Below, one piece after another: positions 1 to 14,300 of a stretch of DNA of 64,000 bases. Within the stretch, counting starts at the first letter, position 1. Each line of letters opens with the position of its first letter. Both the position numbers and the translations under genes were made by a program. The stretch lies in assembly GCA_013265495.1 (NCBI GenBank), contig MU057521.1, positions 2,058,335 through 2,122,334 on the forward strand. Reading direction: 5' to 3'. The notes under the pieces were generated by a model that was not told the origin of the DNA, did not search any database, and worked only from the letters and a program-made list of their open reading frames with translations. The DNA is from Vicugna vicugna. Its lineage: Eukaryota.

Positions 1-329
1 TGCTCAAAGTTCTTCAGAGGCTGAAATCTCAACTCCTGTGCATGGTATGATGTGGCCCAAGCCTAGCCCTGGACGCCCAACCAACCTTTCCACTTTCACT
101 TCTTGTAGCCACGTTACCTCTGTGTGCTTTCTGGAACATGCCGAGATCTCTTCCGTCTTCTGCCTTTGCACATCTGCTTGTCTCCCTGAAGGGAACCCAA
201 CTTTCTTGTGGCAAATTCACACTTATTCCTCCAGCCTTATCTCAACAACTTCCTCCTTCGTGAGGCTGTCTCCAGCTATCCTGGGCAGTCCCAGGATCCC
301 ACTTGTGCCACCAGAAGAGTTTTTGTGCA

Positions 330-545
330 GAGGCTGAGAGCTTCAAAGTCAGAAAACTGGTTTGGATCCTGGTTTCATCACATTGCTGCTGCAGCCTTGG
401 CCCAGTTACTTAACCTCTCTGTGCCTGTACCCTCATTTATAACTCAGGGATAGAAAAGTATGACTGGTACAGTCAGTGTATGATTTAAATGAGTTAAATG
501 TAAAGCACTCATAAGAGTGACTGGCACAGGTTACATTTTCAATGG
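330..545 (+). mobile_element. MIR SINE remnant
   Basis: ccttggcccagttacttaacctctctgtgcctgtaccctcatttataa...aaatgagttaaatgtaaagcac resembles the MIR core. Confidence 0.7.
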
Positions 546-1199
546 TCGTTATCATACTGAACCATAGTTACTGTTGGATCATAGTGTAATTTCTGACATT
601 TGTTTTTGCCTCTAGATTAGAAACTATTTGAAGGCAGGGGCCATATTTTTCCTTTGTGCATTCCCAGCCTAGAATAGTGCCTGACGTTCAAGTAACTGTG
701 GCATAAAATTCAGAGGCCCAAAGAAGGAATGGGGAGTGGTTCCTCTTTCTCCAGGAAGACTTGTAAGAGCCTTCAGAGGGGTGAGGAAGTGGGGAGAAGT
801 AAACCAGAAATGTAATCGCCATGAGGGAGGTACAAATTGTTTCTGCAAAACTGTATCCCTGGTGCCTGGATACCGAGCTCATCACAGGCTCTCAGTAAAC
901 ATATATTGAATGAGGGTATAAAGTCAGGAGTGGAACAGAAGTCAAGAAATATTTTTGTTTTTAAAGGTCCAAACATAAAAATTACAGAGGTGATATCCTA
1001 TGCATTTATGTACATCAACTGCTCAAATTAAAAGGTTAAGTTTGCCAATCAAGATATCCTAGGAATCTCTTCTCAATGTGATCAAAAATGTTCTATTTAA
1101 GGACTGAGAAATATGAAGGCGTGTTCTTTCCTATAACTGTCTCCCATGCATTTCAGAGTCTAGGAGATATTTCACTGTTGGAATATGAAAGTTTAAAGT

Positions 1200-4100
1200 A
1201 TGGGAAAGCAATTTATTTGTATCTGAAACATAATGACTTAAGAAATTTTCTGAAACTCCACACTTCTTACCCTTTACTCATATAGCCCACATCAGAGTCA
1301 CACAAACACAGAACATATCTGAAACAAGAGCCCAGAATACCACATACTGACTCCGAAAATATTACTTCCCAAAAATTGATAAAAATCAAGACTTGCCAAG
1401 TGTTTAAGACGCAAGATTAGGATAACATTATCAAAGAGGGTTGTGTTTTGCTGAAGTGTCTCTTAAAAATGCACATTTCTAAAAAATAAGTTTTCAAATC
1501 TGTAAAGCATGTTCCCCATTTATTTCTTGTTGTGATTCAGAAATACAAGATATGAAAATTAGGTTACAATTCTGCCACAAAAGCTTCTAAAGTAGCAAAC
1601 ACAGGTTCTAATATATATCAAAATAGCCATATGCACTCTCATCAGTTTAAAAATGTCTTAGAGTTGTCACATTAAGCAAGTGTAAAATATAATAGCTATT
1701 ATCTCCTCTTCAAAATACCAAATCTGCCACCACTGCTCCGAACTAAACAAGATTTAGTCCAAACTATGACGGTTAGGGTTAGTAGGTATTTTTCAAAGCT
1801 GAGTTACTAATAATTTAAGGAAATGAGAAAGACGCAAAACATTTTACGTCAAAAAGTATGAACATTTAAGTGTCTTCAAGTGAATAAGACATGTTTAAAT
1901 TAGAAAATGATGTGATAAAATTAAATCTGTTGATGATATAATTTGGGGGAAAAAATTATGGTATTTCCTTCTTCTAGAAAGACAAAGACACCCAATTCTT
2001 TGAATCAAAGCAACTATCGTCAAAATTCTTTTGTCATCAAAATACTAGAAGTGGTCTCTCAAAGTTTCACTTTCAAGAATCAACAATGGATGGTTGAATA
2101 GATTCAAATAAAGACCTTAATAACAAAACATATACAAGTATTAATGTAAAAGAGCCATCACTAGTAGCATTTTTAATTTCTTCTCTTTTTCAGCTATAAA
2201 AATTTAATTTAAAAAAGATATAGAAAAGAACAACCCTCCTGACTTTGTTTTTGTAAAAAGAAGTGAGAATTTTTTTTATATGTTTTTCAGTTATGAAGGG
2301 TCCTTGAACATATTTTGGAATTTCTATGGCTGAGTAATGTTAAACATTTTAAAATAAATATACTCACAAATACATTATAATAAAACACTACAACCCAACC
2401 TGGCAGAGGCAGGCACTTCAGAACTGAAACTCATAATAAGCTATGGTCACATACAGAGAACCCACCCAGAATTATGATTAAACTTCTTCTACCATGGGTA
2501 AGACTTACCCACTTCTGGGTACAACAGAAAGTGTTGAATCAATGTGATCCTTTAAAAAAAGCCAACAGTTTCCCTAACAATTTGACTCAGGGCTTACTTT
2601 TCTTCCCCTGAGCAAAAAAAAAGCAAGTCAGTGAAAAAAAAGGGTTGTATAAGAATTGAGCCAAAAAAGATAAAACATAGAAATTGCCTTATAGTTATTT
2701 CCAGGTTCTGGACGAAGTCAGATCCTTGTGTGATGCTACGTAAGCGTCTACAATCCCTTATCCAAAACCCTTCAGGCCAGATGGGTTGCAGAATTCATCA
2801 CTTTTTGCATTTTGGGAAGGTAATATGGGACACACACTGGATATTACAAAACATCTCCAGAGTCTGGGGCAATCCCTGTAATCAAACCCATTGGTACTTC
2901 TTCAGACACAATTAATGAGCAGCCCAAGGAGTGGCATAAATAAAAAACATAATAATCTCATGTCAGCTCAAGTCAGGTTTTGCTATCAAATGAATTATGG
3001 CACCAAATTCAGGCAGGAAAAAAGAAACACCTCAGTTTTCAAAGTTTTTTGGTTCCAAGACTATAGACCTTTGCCATCTCTGATAAACAGCCCCTTCCCT
3101 GACACCGTCCTCTCCACACATCTGCTCTCATGCCTGAGCTTCCAGTGGGTCGGGGATCATACTATACCCCGTAGAACAGGGGCTCTCACATTTGCTCAGG
3201 CAGCAGGTCACCTGGGGTGACAGTACTCTCTCTGAGGGCACCTTGAGAACGTACATTGAAATAGTGATTTCAAGATAGTTAATCCTATTAAATGAGGCAT
3301 CATCTTGGGCTAGAGTTTAACACAGACCATCAGCAGAAGGTGCCAACATTCAAGAAACATTTATGAGAAAAGAATAAAATTGAGAAACATCCAGATATCA
3401 ATTTGTATCTGTTTTCTATCATTAAGAAAATATAGCCATCACTCCCTGTCAGAGGCTGCCCAACACGACTCAACGGAGTTTGGGGACGATGGCTCCCTAA
3501 GACTGAGAGTCAAGAAAAACAAAACAGGTTCAGCCCACCGCCATAAACTGCAATGAAGTCATCCCAAGCAACTAATATATTAAATAATCGTTTCTTCTGT
3601 CTTTGTCGGTGTTTGAAAGTATGCCACTCTCGTCTTTTAAAAAGACGCCATGGATTAAAGCCATGAGACATTTTTCTTGTTTAAAGACTAAGTCATTTTA
3701 AAGTCAAGAGGCTCAAAAACTCAAGAGCAAAAAAAAAGGCTTGCAATACTTTTTAGGTCTTTAATCTTTTGTAGTTTTTTTTTAAACAATTAAAAAAAAA
3801 GTTTCTTCTTCAATAGCAGTGGTCTTTTCTCACCAAAATGGACTGGCATGTGGTATTGTATATGCTCACTGTGTGTGCACGAGGGAGGGAACACAGCATT
3901 ATCATGAAAGTGGCTGTCCCCAAGTCGGAGGAACACGCACAGCGCCAGACTGAAGCAGCTGACGTAGGGGTGGTTATAACTCATCAGAGGCACTTACTGC
4001 AGGAATCCACCGGCGAACAACAAAGCCTGTCATCTGGAAACAACACTCGGGGCACCAGGATGTCCAGGGCTACGTTGTGAGAGTGATAACTGGGCTTTCT

Positions 4101-5218
4101 GAATATGGGGTACAAAGTGGATGTTCTCAGGGCCAGCGGGAGGGTCACAGAAAGAACGGGGTGATCATCTTATTTCAAATGCAAGTCTTTTCACCACCAG
4201 CCTTGTCACCCTACATCTTTTTTTCTTAACAAATAGAACTTAAATATGCCATCATCAGCCTTTCTTAAGAGCTACATATATGCTACAGGAGAAGGTCACA
4301 CTTTCTAATTTTTTCATTTGCTTTAATAAATTCATCAATTAATTTAAAAAGTCAAGTCAAAAAATTGGTCTTCTCTTTTCTTCTGTTTTTACAAAAATAT
4401 TATATCAGTATAAGCAAAATTGGAAAGGAAAGACACAGCAAGAATAAGACACTGCGATGGAATGGGTGAGCTTCAGATCTTCATGGCTATTGAGGAAACT
4501 GTAAACTTTTAAGCTCCTAAGATTCTACTTCTCTTCAGAAAACATTATAGGACACTGTCTTTCTCCGTGAATGAAAAATGAAAAGTGCCTTAAGCATTCG
4601 AGTCTAAAGAAGACAAGAAAGCATGATTTTTTCCTACTGGAAAATATTTATCTCCTTCGTCCCACTGCACTGCCCTCTCCCAGCCCTCCTTGTAGTTTAA
4701 GGGGATCAAAGAGAGAGAAGCCACGAGGGTCCCCCAGCCACAGAGTGAGTCGGAGACATTATTATGCATCCAGACACAGTGGCAATGTGTGAAACGCACC
4801 CGGAATAAAACACACCAAGTTAAAAAGAAAAAAAGGAAAAGAAAAAGAAACCCATAAAACTGCTTTTCATGGAAGGTTAAGAGTCCTCAGAAGGTACATT
4901 TCTGGACCGGACCTCTATCGGGAAAGAAAGAATAAATAGAAAAAAAGGTCAGTGATCACTCTGGAATCCTGTTTCCTTACCATCACCTCTCCCCCTCGGA
5001 GAATCAGGTGGTCCCCTGCTCCATTTTGCATAGTATTAATAATAATGTCTGGAGTGGAACCTCCAACCTGTTGCTTGCAGCCAGGTTTCTGAAGAGCACT
5101 GGTCCAATCTCACAGATTCAAAAGCAAGACATAGGTGTCTGCAGGCCCCAAACTGCGTCCCATTTAGCAGCAAGCTGGTCAAATTATGTAGAGACAGTCT
5201 TTTTCCAAGGGGTAAGAA
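1200..5218 (-). other. KDSR: Probable long KDSR 3' UTR (end uncertain)
   Basis: AT-rich, mostly unique sequence after the stop. Minus-strand poly(A) hexamers: ATTAAA 3765-3760, AATAAA 1524-1519 and 1217-1212. Which is used cannot be read from DNA. Confidence 0.55.
2740..3070. mobile_element. Tigger-derived MITE (MER46C-like)
   Basis: Starts ctacaatcccttatccaaaacccttcaggccagatg, like the MER46C/Tigger4 end; lies within the probable KDSR 3' UTR. Confidence 0.5.
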
Positions 5219-5338
5219 TTAGGCAGTTTTGTCCGCAACCTCAGATCTCGCTCTCTGCATCATGCAGCGACGGATGATACTGTCGAAACTTCCCAGGTAG
5301 AACAAAGCGATGGTGCGGAAAAGGCCCATGGTGACCAC
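5219..5338 (-). CDS. KDSR: KDSR exon 10 (coding part), [39 protein letters not shown]
   Basis: CAG acceptor at 5341-5339, TAA stop at 5221-5219; overlaps ORF 5219..5416. Confidence 0.97.
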   Translation of the reverse strand: MVTMGLFRTIALFYLGSFDSIIRRCMMQRARSEVADKTA

Positions 5339-8300
5339 CTGCAAGACAAGCAGACCTCTGAGCTCATCCAACAGTCCAATACAATCGTTTGCTTCAAGGG
5401 CTTTTAGGATGATCAATAGCTTCTAGGACACAACTTCCGATCTGCTCCAAGGACAAGGAAGCAGAACGAAAACTGGAAGTGCCAGCAGAACACAGAACAG
5501 AAGCTGCCCACGCTGTGCCCCTGGACAGCGCGGGGCCCGCCAGATGGGCAACAACAAAATATTGGTCCAATTAATATATGCAAGTTACACAAAGAAGAAA
5601 ACAGGGATTCTTGGTGGCCCTGGGGTTCTCAAAGGTGGGGAAGAGCCGCTGCGGCATCGTCAGTATCCAAACTACACACAATCAAGGCTTTTCGGTTTAA
5701 GATGTATGTTCTGATCACACAAGGCAGACCCGCTGCTGGGCTCTGAGGACACTGCGGGGAGACAGACACGGTGCCTGCCTCTGCCAGCTCCCTCCGTAAC
5801 TGGGAAGACACCCGAATGAGAAAAGGCAATTAGTTTCAGGGTTAAGACGGCAATGAACCACATCCATTCACTTCCACTCTTTCTCACTAAGTGCCTATAA
5901 ATGCAACTTTTAAAAGGCACAAAACTGCAAAGAGAAATATTTTCAAATATACAAGGCCTCAAAAAATTTGCCTCCCAAGCACCCTTTTTTTTTCAGGAAG
6001 CTACTAGAAGAGGTAACCAGTCAAAGAGAGGGATCAACAGAGGAGGGTAGTGTCTTGTGATACAGGAGGCGGGGGACCCAATACCAAGGAGAGACACAGG
6101 GGTCCCCCAGGAGGACGTGAAGGGGAGGCTGGGTTCAGCTATGCACCAGACTCAGGGGCAGCCAGACCCTGGCGGTCAGAAGGCTCCAAGAGGAATTCCT
6201 TCCAGAAGGTGAAACGGACGGAGTATCTGATATTTCTGAGATGAGACAAAGACAGTCATTGTTGATAATACACAGAAAAAGGCCAACGATAGTTCCAGGG
6301 GAAACAAAAGGTTGTACAAGAAAGGAAAATTAGTGCATTACATAGCTCAGCTGTGAAGAGCATTTAAACAGCCATCATAATGGCTACTTCAAAGACAGAT
6401 CTAACCAACGCCACAATGTAACTAAAAAGGGAGGGAGGGATGGAGGAGCGGAGGGTGGAGCAGGAAGGGAAGGTGTCAAAGGAGAGCCACATCCTCACCC
6501 TTCCAAGCAGAAGCTAATAACTGATCCCAAACTGAGAAACAAAGTGGCAGGGATCAGGGCAGCATGTACCCTAGAGGGGAACCCAGATTAACACCCCAAC
6601 GGCAGAGACGGCGTTTTACCTCCACATCCGCAATGCCCAGCACAGAATTCCTCAAGTTACATCATTAACCTAATTCCTATTTACTTATCCCTGGTAGAGG
6701 AAGAAAACAGTTGATGCTTCAGTGAAAACTCTTCACATCCTCAGATAAGCTACCATGTCTTCCTTTAGCCGTCTTTCATCGAGGTTCAATGAGAGACGCT
6801 TGTCATCTGTCTGTGTCCATCAGTCTGACAGCCCAGGCATAGCTCACCTGCTGGAGCCCTTCTGTGATGGAAGTCACCGGAGCCATTCCACAGGTCAGGG
6901 ACGAGAGCATGTACCCATCAGAGCCGATGGAGCTGTTAAAATTTCCTTGCTAAAACAGAAGGAAGAGAAAAGAAAGAGGCAGTAGTAGGAACAGGGAAAG
7001 GAATCAACTCAACACATCAGAAACAATGAAGCGTGTCCGTTCACTTCAGGTGGGAGAAGAGGGTACAGCACACGCCGGAGCTTGGGGACAATGTGGCCTT
7101 GGCCGACGGGCTGGGATGGCTGGCTGGGCACTTCTCAAAATGTGAGTCCACAGATGCTAAGTGTCCTGAGACCCTTTCAGTGGGTCCATGGGGATAGAAT
7201 GATTGTCATGATGACACTAAGATATTAAGTGCCTTTTCACCCAGTGACATTTACACTGACAGGCAAAACTGCAGTGTTAACATTAGCACGGGTCATGGTA
7301 CTGGCACCTCTCCACTGCCATGCACACTTGCAGTGATAAATAAAATCACAAAGAAAACAGAAATTTAAAAAATTTTTTAATTTTAATGTCAGTTTTGCTT
7401 AAAAACACCCTTAATAACACAGTAAAATTAATCGTTTTGTTCCATCTCAACCCCTTAATACTCTGCATGACAAAAAGAAAAGCAGGCACCAAGCACTCCG
7501 TCCTGCCACGTGAACCACTTGGAAGGGGACAGTGTCTTGAAGAAGAGCCGTCCCCCAACCGTTTACTCAGGGAAGGTCCTGCCTTTTCTGCGGGACACCA
7601 TTCTTACACGCAAGAACCGCGGACAACCTGTGGTTGTCAGGCGTGGGTATTTGGAAGACACTTCGCAGAAAATGAATGAAGAGACCCTGTTGCCTCAAGG
7701 GAAATTGGCAGCTTTTGTAGTCAATGTTCAACTCTCAGCTTTCAAAGGAAAATTAAGAATTGTGAAAATGTGTATGTGCCATTTGGAGAAGGTCAGCTTC
7801 CCAACACATAAAGACTTCCATGGTAAGATCAGCAGTGATATTAATGAATCTAATTTTTTGTGTAACTCAGTGAACTCATAGTTTCCAAATGACTAATGCA
7901 TAATGTCACAAAACCATGAATGGGTACAAAACATTCAAAGTGCAAGACAGACCAATGGACTTCCATGTAGCAGAAGACAAAAAGCTCATTGATAGAGTTT
8001 TGAATTTCACACTGCAACTAACCTTTCAGAAATGACTATTATCCAAGCTTAGGTTTCATATCCAAAAAGAAAAAAGTCCACAATTCTCTGAAAAGCCTCT
8101 AAAATATTCCTCCCTTCTCCAACTATATATCTCAGGAAGGTCAGATTTTCTTTATATCCTTCTTTCAAAATAACATATTACAACAGACAAGATGCACAGG
8201 CAGCTATGAGAATCCAGCCGCCTTCTATTAACACAGACATTAAAGAGACGATGAAACGTGAAACAACGCCACCCTTCTCGCTAAATTTTGTTTTTGAAAA

Positions 8301-11300
8301 ATAATTTCTGTTGTAAAAATGTTAACCACTGTATATAAAAACAGATTTAAAAAAACAAATTTCTTCTGTATAGCACAGGGGACTATATTCGATATCCTAT
8401 AATAACCTTTAATGAAAAAGGATATGACAATGAATATACGTACGTGCATGCATGACTGGGACACTGTGCTGCACACCAGGAACTGACACATTGTAACTGA
8501 CAGTGCTTCAATTTAAATAAATAAATAAATAAATAAATAAAAAGAAAGACTAGCTCCAATGTTCAAAAAGGAAAAAAATACCTATTTCCTTGAAATACAA
8601 TAGGTTTCTCATTGCTATTTCAAATGAACAAATGGAAACATATTTCTTAAATGATACAGTTTCAATTTCTGACACAGCACATATTAATAAGCATAGCTCG
8701 TGGAAACAAAAGTCCTCCGGGGTTCTCAACAACTTTCCAGTGGAAAGTGGTCAAGAGGTGAAAAAGCGTGCGAACCTGCAGATTACATGAATCCTGCCCA
8801 AATACAAAGAGCTGCTTCGGATCATGAAAGACACGGAGTGTTTGCTTTTGACTTGAGATAAGCAGGAAAAACAAAGTCCGCCCAATCCTCTGGTGCCATC
8901 TTTCTATGCCTTTGAACACAATCAGGGCAAAGTTCTTCCAGCGTCTGTAGATATGTGAACAGCCTTCAATGTTCCCTGTACTCTGCTCAGTTCGGCCTGA
9001 ACGTGCAACGGCACGGACGTTCCTCCAAGGCCGCCACACAGCCTGCTGACCCCTCTCATCCCAGTTGCCCCCAAATTCCCTGCATTCAGGGTGGGCCTGG
9101 GGTTTACAGGCATCCCCCACACATGGATATCCTTCTGCACGTGCCTTAATAGGAACATTCCCACGAAGCTTGTGGCGCACATGCTGTCCTACAGGAGAGC
9201 ACCTGGTTTCTAAAAATACCATTTATGACTCTGAATAAACCCAGCCCGGAAGCACCTTAGCTGAGTTAACAGGATGATGGCCCAGTAGGCTGGTGCCACT
9301 TTCTTATTAGTAAACATTTGGGAAAATGACAGTGGGAAACAGGAAGGTAAAAGAAAAATTCTTAATCCACAAGTCTGGCAATAAGACACCTAACATAATC
9401 TGAAACTGAAAGTCCTACAGAAGAAAGAGGCAGCGGGCCGTACACAGTAAACGGAGCGTGCTGTTCACACACCGCAGCTGAGTCTCACCTTCCTTTCCAG
9501 AACCGAAGTTCTCAGACTGATCAAACTCTTCCTAAGAGTAAGACCTATCATCAGCTTCCAGGACCCACTAATTAAGATGGAATCAGTAAGGGAAGACAAG
9601 TACAGTATAGTATTAGATACGGTCAATCTTAGCTCACCACAAAACCCCCAGCAACTTATGCTTCGAAATAAGCCCTGGGACAAGTATCTTTTCAGAAATA
9701 CAGTACTGTAACTATTCCTAAAGGGAACAGGAATTTCACTTACTATGGCATCTTTAACAATTTGTTTGGCCACTTGCTCTGGTTTGCAAACAGATGTGGT
9801 CTCTGAAATAAGACGAGTCTCCAAGGGCTAAAGGTGGAAAAAAACAAGACATGTTAATTTTATCATTATAAATCACATACCATTACTGCCCACTGAAAAA
9901 TTCACAATTTTTACAGCTCCCCTCCACCGATTTAGCTGTAATTCCAGTTGTCTACCTTTCTACTGATTCCTATTTTTAGAATTAGGTCTGTCTGGATTCT
10001 AAATCAGTTTCTACCTGGTGGCTGTATAAAATTCAGCCTGATAGCTGAAGCAAGACAAGGGGGCTCCAGCTACTCTCTGTGGGACGTGTGTCGCAGCTCC
10101 AGTGAGGACCAGAGCTGGAATGAGAGCACATCACTGGTACAAAACCAGAGAAACTGCCTCCGCGAATCCTCGGCGCAGGCCACACACCTGACCCACGGTG
10201 TTCACGCAGCGCCCAGACCATGTGCCCTGAGGAGACCGGCTCTCAGCATCTCCGTTCTCTCTGTGTTCCCAGGCGCCCAACTGCTGGACAGAGCTGAGAC
10301 CCTGAGCAGGGACAGCCCCAGCCCGTTCAACAGCGGCCGCCGTAGAGGAGGCTGGGAGGAGACCAAGAGAAGACAGATCCCAGGCGTGGCTGTGTGCTCC
10401 CTACTGGGCTCGTGTGTCAGACCCCCAAATCTTAGCCTTTTATTCTTGGGTGATTAAAGGCCCATCTCAGTTGTCACCTAGCTCAAAAAGCCTTGCCTGA
10501 GTTCTTCACTGGCAGGCACTTCTCCCTCTCACCTTTGAACGTTTCCGCATTAACATATATTATTGCTGCCTATGTGTTTGCATTTAGCTCCGAAGTTCCT
10601 TGTGGGCAGGGTCTTTGTTTTCATTTTTTAAAAATCTTCTCCGGGGTGACATGCACACATGGGCTCAAAAATTCTTTAGGAGGGAAATTCAGTTAGAAAA
10701 GTCAAAACTTAAGCCTTAAACAGCATGAAATGGTAAATTTTATTTACCATGTAGGCTTGAAAAAATAAAGTAAAAACCAGAATATATTTCTTAAAACAGA
10801 AAAGCACAGCACTTCATAAAAGTCAAGTGTTTCTTGATGAACCTGAATTGAGAGAAAGCCCCTTTTGAAGGTTCCACCATTCATTCTTCCAGATCCTCAG
10901 GCCGGCATAACCATGTATCACCAGATACACCAAAGATTTAAAAGCACTATGGCACCCCCTACAGGGCTCAGAGACCAAGGTAAAATTTTATTTACTGGAA
11001 GTCAGCCCAACATTTTAGTGGAAGAAAAACAAAAAAACCCAATCTAACATCAAAATCAAATCTTCACAGGGAAGTCACCACCCTGTGTCAGCTTTGGCAT
11101 CTAACTAAAAGATCTCTTACCAAACGTTGCAAATCTGCTGAGCAGATCCCCCTCGTTCTAAAACAGGGCACTTGGCTTAAATTTACTTCTTTGAAATAGT
11201 AGTAATTTTAAGAGGCAGAGCCAAAGAGAAATGAATAGGGGAAAGAGCTTCTAACTTATAAAATCTTTTTGCAAATATACAGCCCATGGAGCATAAGTGC

Positions 11301-14300
11301 CAATTTTTATGCTGTGAAGATTCACACTTACTAAGCGTCACTTTAAAAGAGAAGAAAACCAATCAATCAATGGTCAAGGGGATAAGTTCTGACTGATTCC
11401 TTTCTTTCCCATTTTACTTGTTTGCTCACAGAGTACCTACTAGACAGCAAGGCAAAGAGAAGGTTCCTGTGAACCAGGTGCAGAGCTTGCACTCAGCTCA
11501 GGATGACTGATGGTTGCTGCATCAACATTAATGTCCAGAGGTGATAAACACTATGGAGAGAAACAAAGCCTGGGACGAGGAAGGTCAGTGTCCCTTGGGA
11601 GGGAAACTTGAGATACAGAGGGTCAGGGAAGTCCCCTCCAAGGTGACGTCTGGACAGAGATGGAAAGAAACACAGGAGGAAGCCGTTCAAACATCCAGAG
11701 AGGATCGCAAGTGCCAAGCCCACAGGTGCGAACAGGCCAGGCGAGCTCCAGGAACAGACGGGGCTCCGGCGTGGCTGGGGCCAAGAAGAGGAGAAAACGC
11801 TTCGGGCAGGTGGCCACAGTCCAGATAGTGTGGGCCTGGAAGGCTCAAGGTCTCTGGATTCTACTCCAGGCACCATGGGAGCCACGGGAGCCACACTCCC
11901 TAACACACAGCAATACCAACGTGTGCTGTTTAACGCTAACTTAAAATTACTTAAAATAAATTAAATTAAAAATTTGGTTTCTCAGGCTCATTAGCTGCAT
12001 TGCAAGGGTTCAGTAGCCACAAGGCGACCACCATGCAGCGGAGTGCAGACCTAGAACAGTTCCACATTCTAGAACATGCTATTGGACCGAGCTGCACGAG
12101 AGGTTTTTGATCTTTGTTTTGCTTTTTTTTTTCCAGTTTTGCTTTTTGGCTTTTTTTTGCACAAGAGGGGTTTGAATAGGGGAGTGACAAAACCTGACTT
12201 ACAGTTGAAAAGGATCACTAGCTCCTGTACGGAGAACAGACCCCAGGGGTGTAAGAACGGAGGCAGGCCGACCAGGCTGAAGACCATTAGAGCAGTTCGG
12301 ACAAAAACAGCAGTGGCTTTCACTGCTGGGACAGTAGTGACATATGCAGTTAAAAAAAAAAAAGGGGGTCTGGTGTGGGATCAGTTCTGGGAGGACAGAG
12401 CCAAGTGGACTTGCAGGTGGCCCAGCTGGGTGGCGTGAGAGGAGGGAGGGTCAGGCTGGCTTCGCAGTTTCCAGCCCAGGCAGCTGGGGGAACAGTGGGC
12501 GCCAGGTAACGAACGAGATGCAAAATAATAAGGGGGAAATGAGAGGGAATCAAAAGTTCTATTTTTGAAATGTCAAGCCTGAGAAGCCTGTTTGACCTCC
12601 ACGTGGAGACAACAGGCCAGCGGCCGTTTGGGGGTTTTACGTGAATTTAAGTTCAAGGGAGAGGAGATAATTTTTAAAGAATAAGATCTCATTCATTAAA
12701 AACACAGGCTGGACTCTCCATCAAAAAGAAAACATCTTATTTATTAAATAAAGCTTGGAGACCATTAGCAGAAATCATTGGCCCTTAAAAATAGGGCTAC
12801 ATTCTCCAAGAGTCCAGATGACAGTTCCAGAAAGTTTGGAGGCCTCTTGCAAGCACGTAAATTGAAAGGAACTCGATTTTCTGACTAAAGTGTGGAAGGA
12901 CAGAAAACGGGAAAAGGGGTTTCCAGCCACAAAGCCTCAAAACGGGGCCCAGGGAGGCAGACTTACCTTGGTTTTGTTTTCTTCCGCAAACCCAGGGGTG
13001 TCTGTGTCTGGTGGGTAGGCCACTGTGACGTAAACATTATACGGCTTCACCTGCATGTCAGAGACAACGTTTGCCCCTTCAGTCAACAAGACACAGTTTT
13101 GCATCCTCCCCCACCGACCTGCGCCAGCTGCCGGGCAGACACTCTAAATACTGCTCTGATTTTCTCAAAAGGCCGGGAGACCAATGGGGTGATTCTGTAA
13201 GAGGAGAACTGCCATCAGCAGAGTCAGGAAACCTCTGTCCCTGAAGACTGTTCAGAAATTAAAGCAACAAAACGCACCCCAACCTCGACTCCAGCAAACA
13301 GCTGGCCCGGAGGTATAGAGGTGCACCTCCTTCTGAGTTGCTTCCACTCCCACTGACCAGGGGTGGGAGGTGCCCGGGGGGAGAGCAGGTGGCGCTTTAA
13401 GAAAACCCGCTTGTCCACCCCGCCCAGCGCACCCCACTTAGGCATGTCGTCCAGGCCTGCTCCTCTGCCCTCGGACTGCAGATCTGGTTTCCCTCGTGGC
13501 TGATTTCACCTACAACATGGACTGAGGTCCCTCACATCTCTTCCTCAGTGCCTCTCCTGTGCCCCTAGACCTGGATCCAGACGATACCCAGAGAAGTCTG
13601 CTCGCTCGGGAACTCCCTGTGCGAGGAGCCCCTGCCAATGAGGGGGTCGGAGTCACCTCCTCCTCCACAGAACCAGCAGACAGCATGCTCTCCCGGGGAG
13701 ACCCCCCCGCAGGTCTGACCAGCCAAGGACCTCCCCTGCGGACAACCTCATCCCGTAGTGTTTATATGTGGAAACCCCTTTATCCAGAACAGCTTCCTAG
13801 GCTACTTCACCTCACTGCCAGGCCTCCTCACTGACCTTCCCCACTCATAAACACACCCCCAGCAATTCTAGGAGATTCTCCTGCTGGTCAGCCAGGACAC
13901 ACCCTCCTCGCTGAACCCCTCCCTGCTCCCCACTATCTTGCTCTGATTCTTAGAGACACTAAGGGTGATGGTTCAAACCCTCAACGTCTCTGCCTTTTGT
14001 CTGCTTTGGGCTTACTGTTTAGCTCCAAGAAAACACCCAGAGGAGTTGGAAATGGACAGGCAGCTGGTGTAAGGGAGGCCACTGTGTGTCGTAAGGAGGC
14101 TGACAAGTGACAATACTGCATTTCTTCCTTATGCAACAGCCTCTGAGAGTATCCCAGGGTCCTGCATTACGTTTAGCTTTGTTTCTCCCTACTTCCGTGT
14201 GTGAGCACAGTTCTGAAGGCTGAGGGAGGAGCCGGGGGGTCAGGAGAAGCATGCAGGCAGAAGACCCTGGGCCACCAGCCTGCAGAGGGCAAGAGCAGTG

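Noticed and set aside
8434..8454. 21-nt alternating purine-pyrimidine run atatacgtacgtgcatgcatg as a Z-DNA element
   Set aside because: It is the mutated (TA/TG)n segment of an L1 3' UTR.
8662..9222. 186-aa minus-strand ORF in KDSR intron 8
   Set aside because: No recognisable domain; it runs into a Charlie transposon end and I see no coherent exon boundaries.
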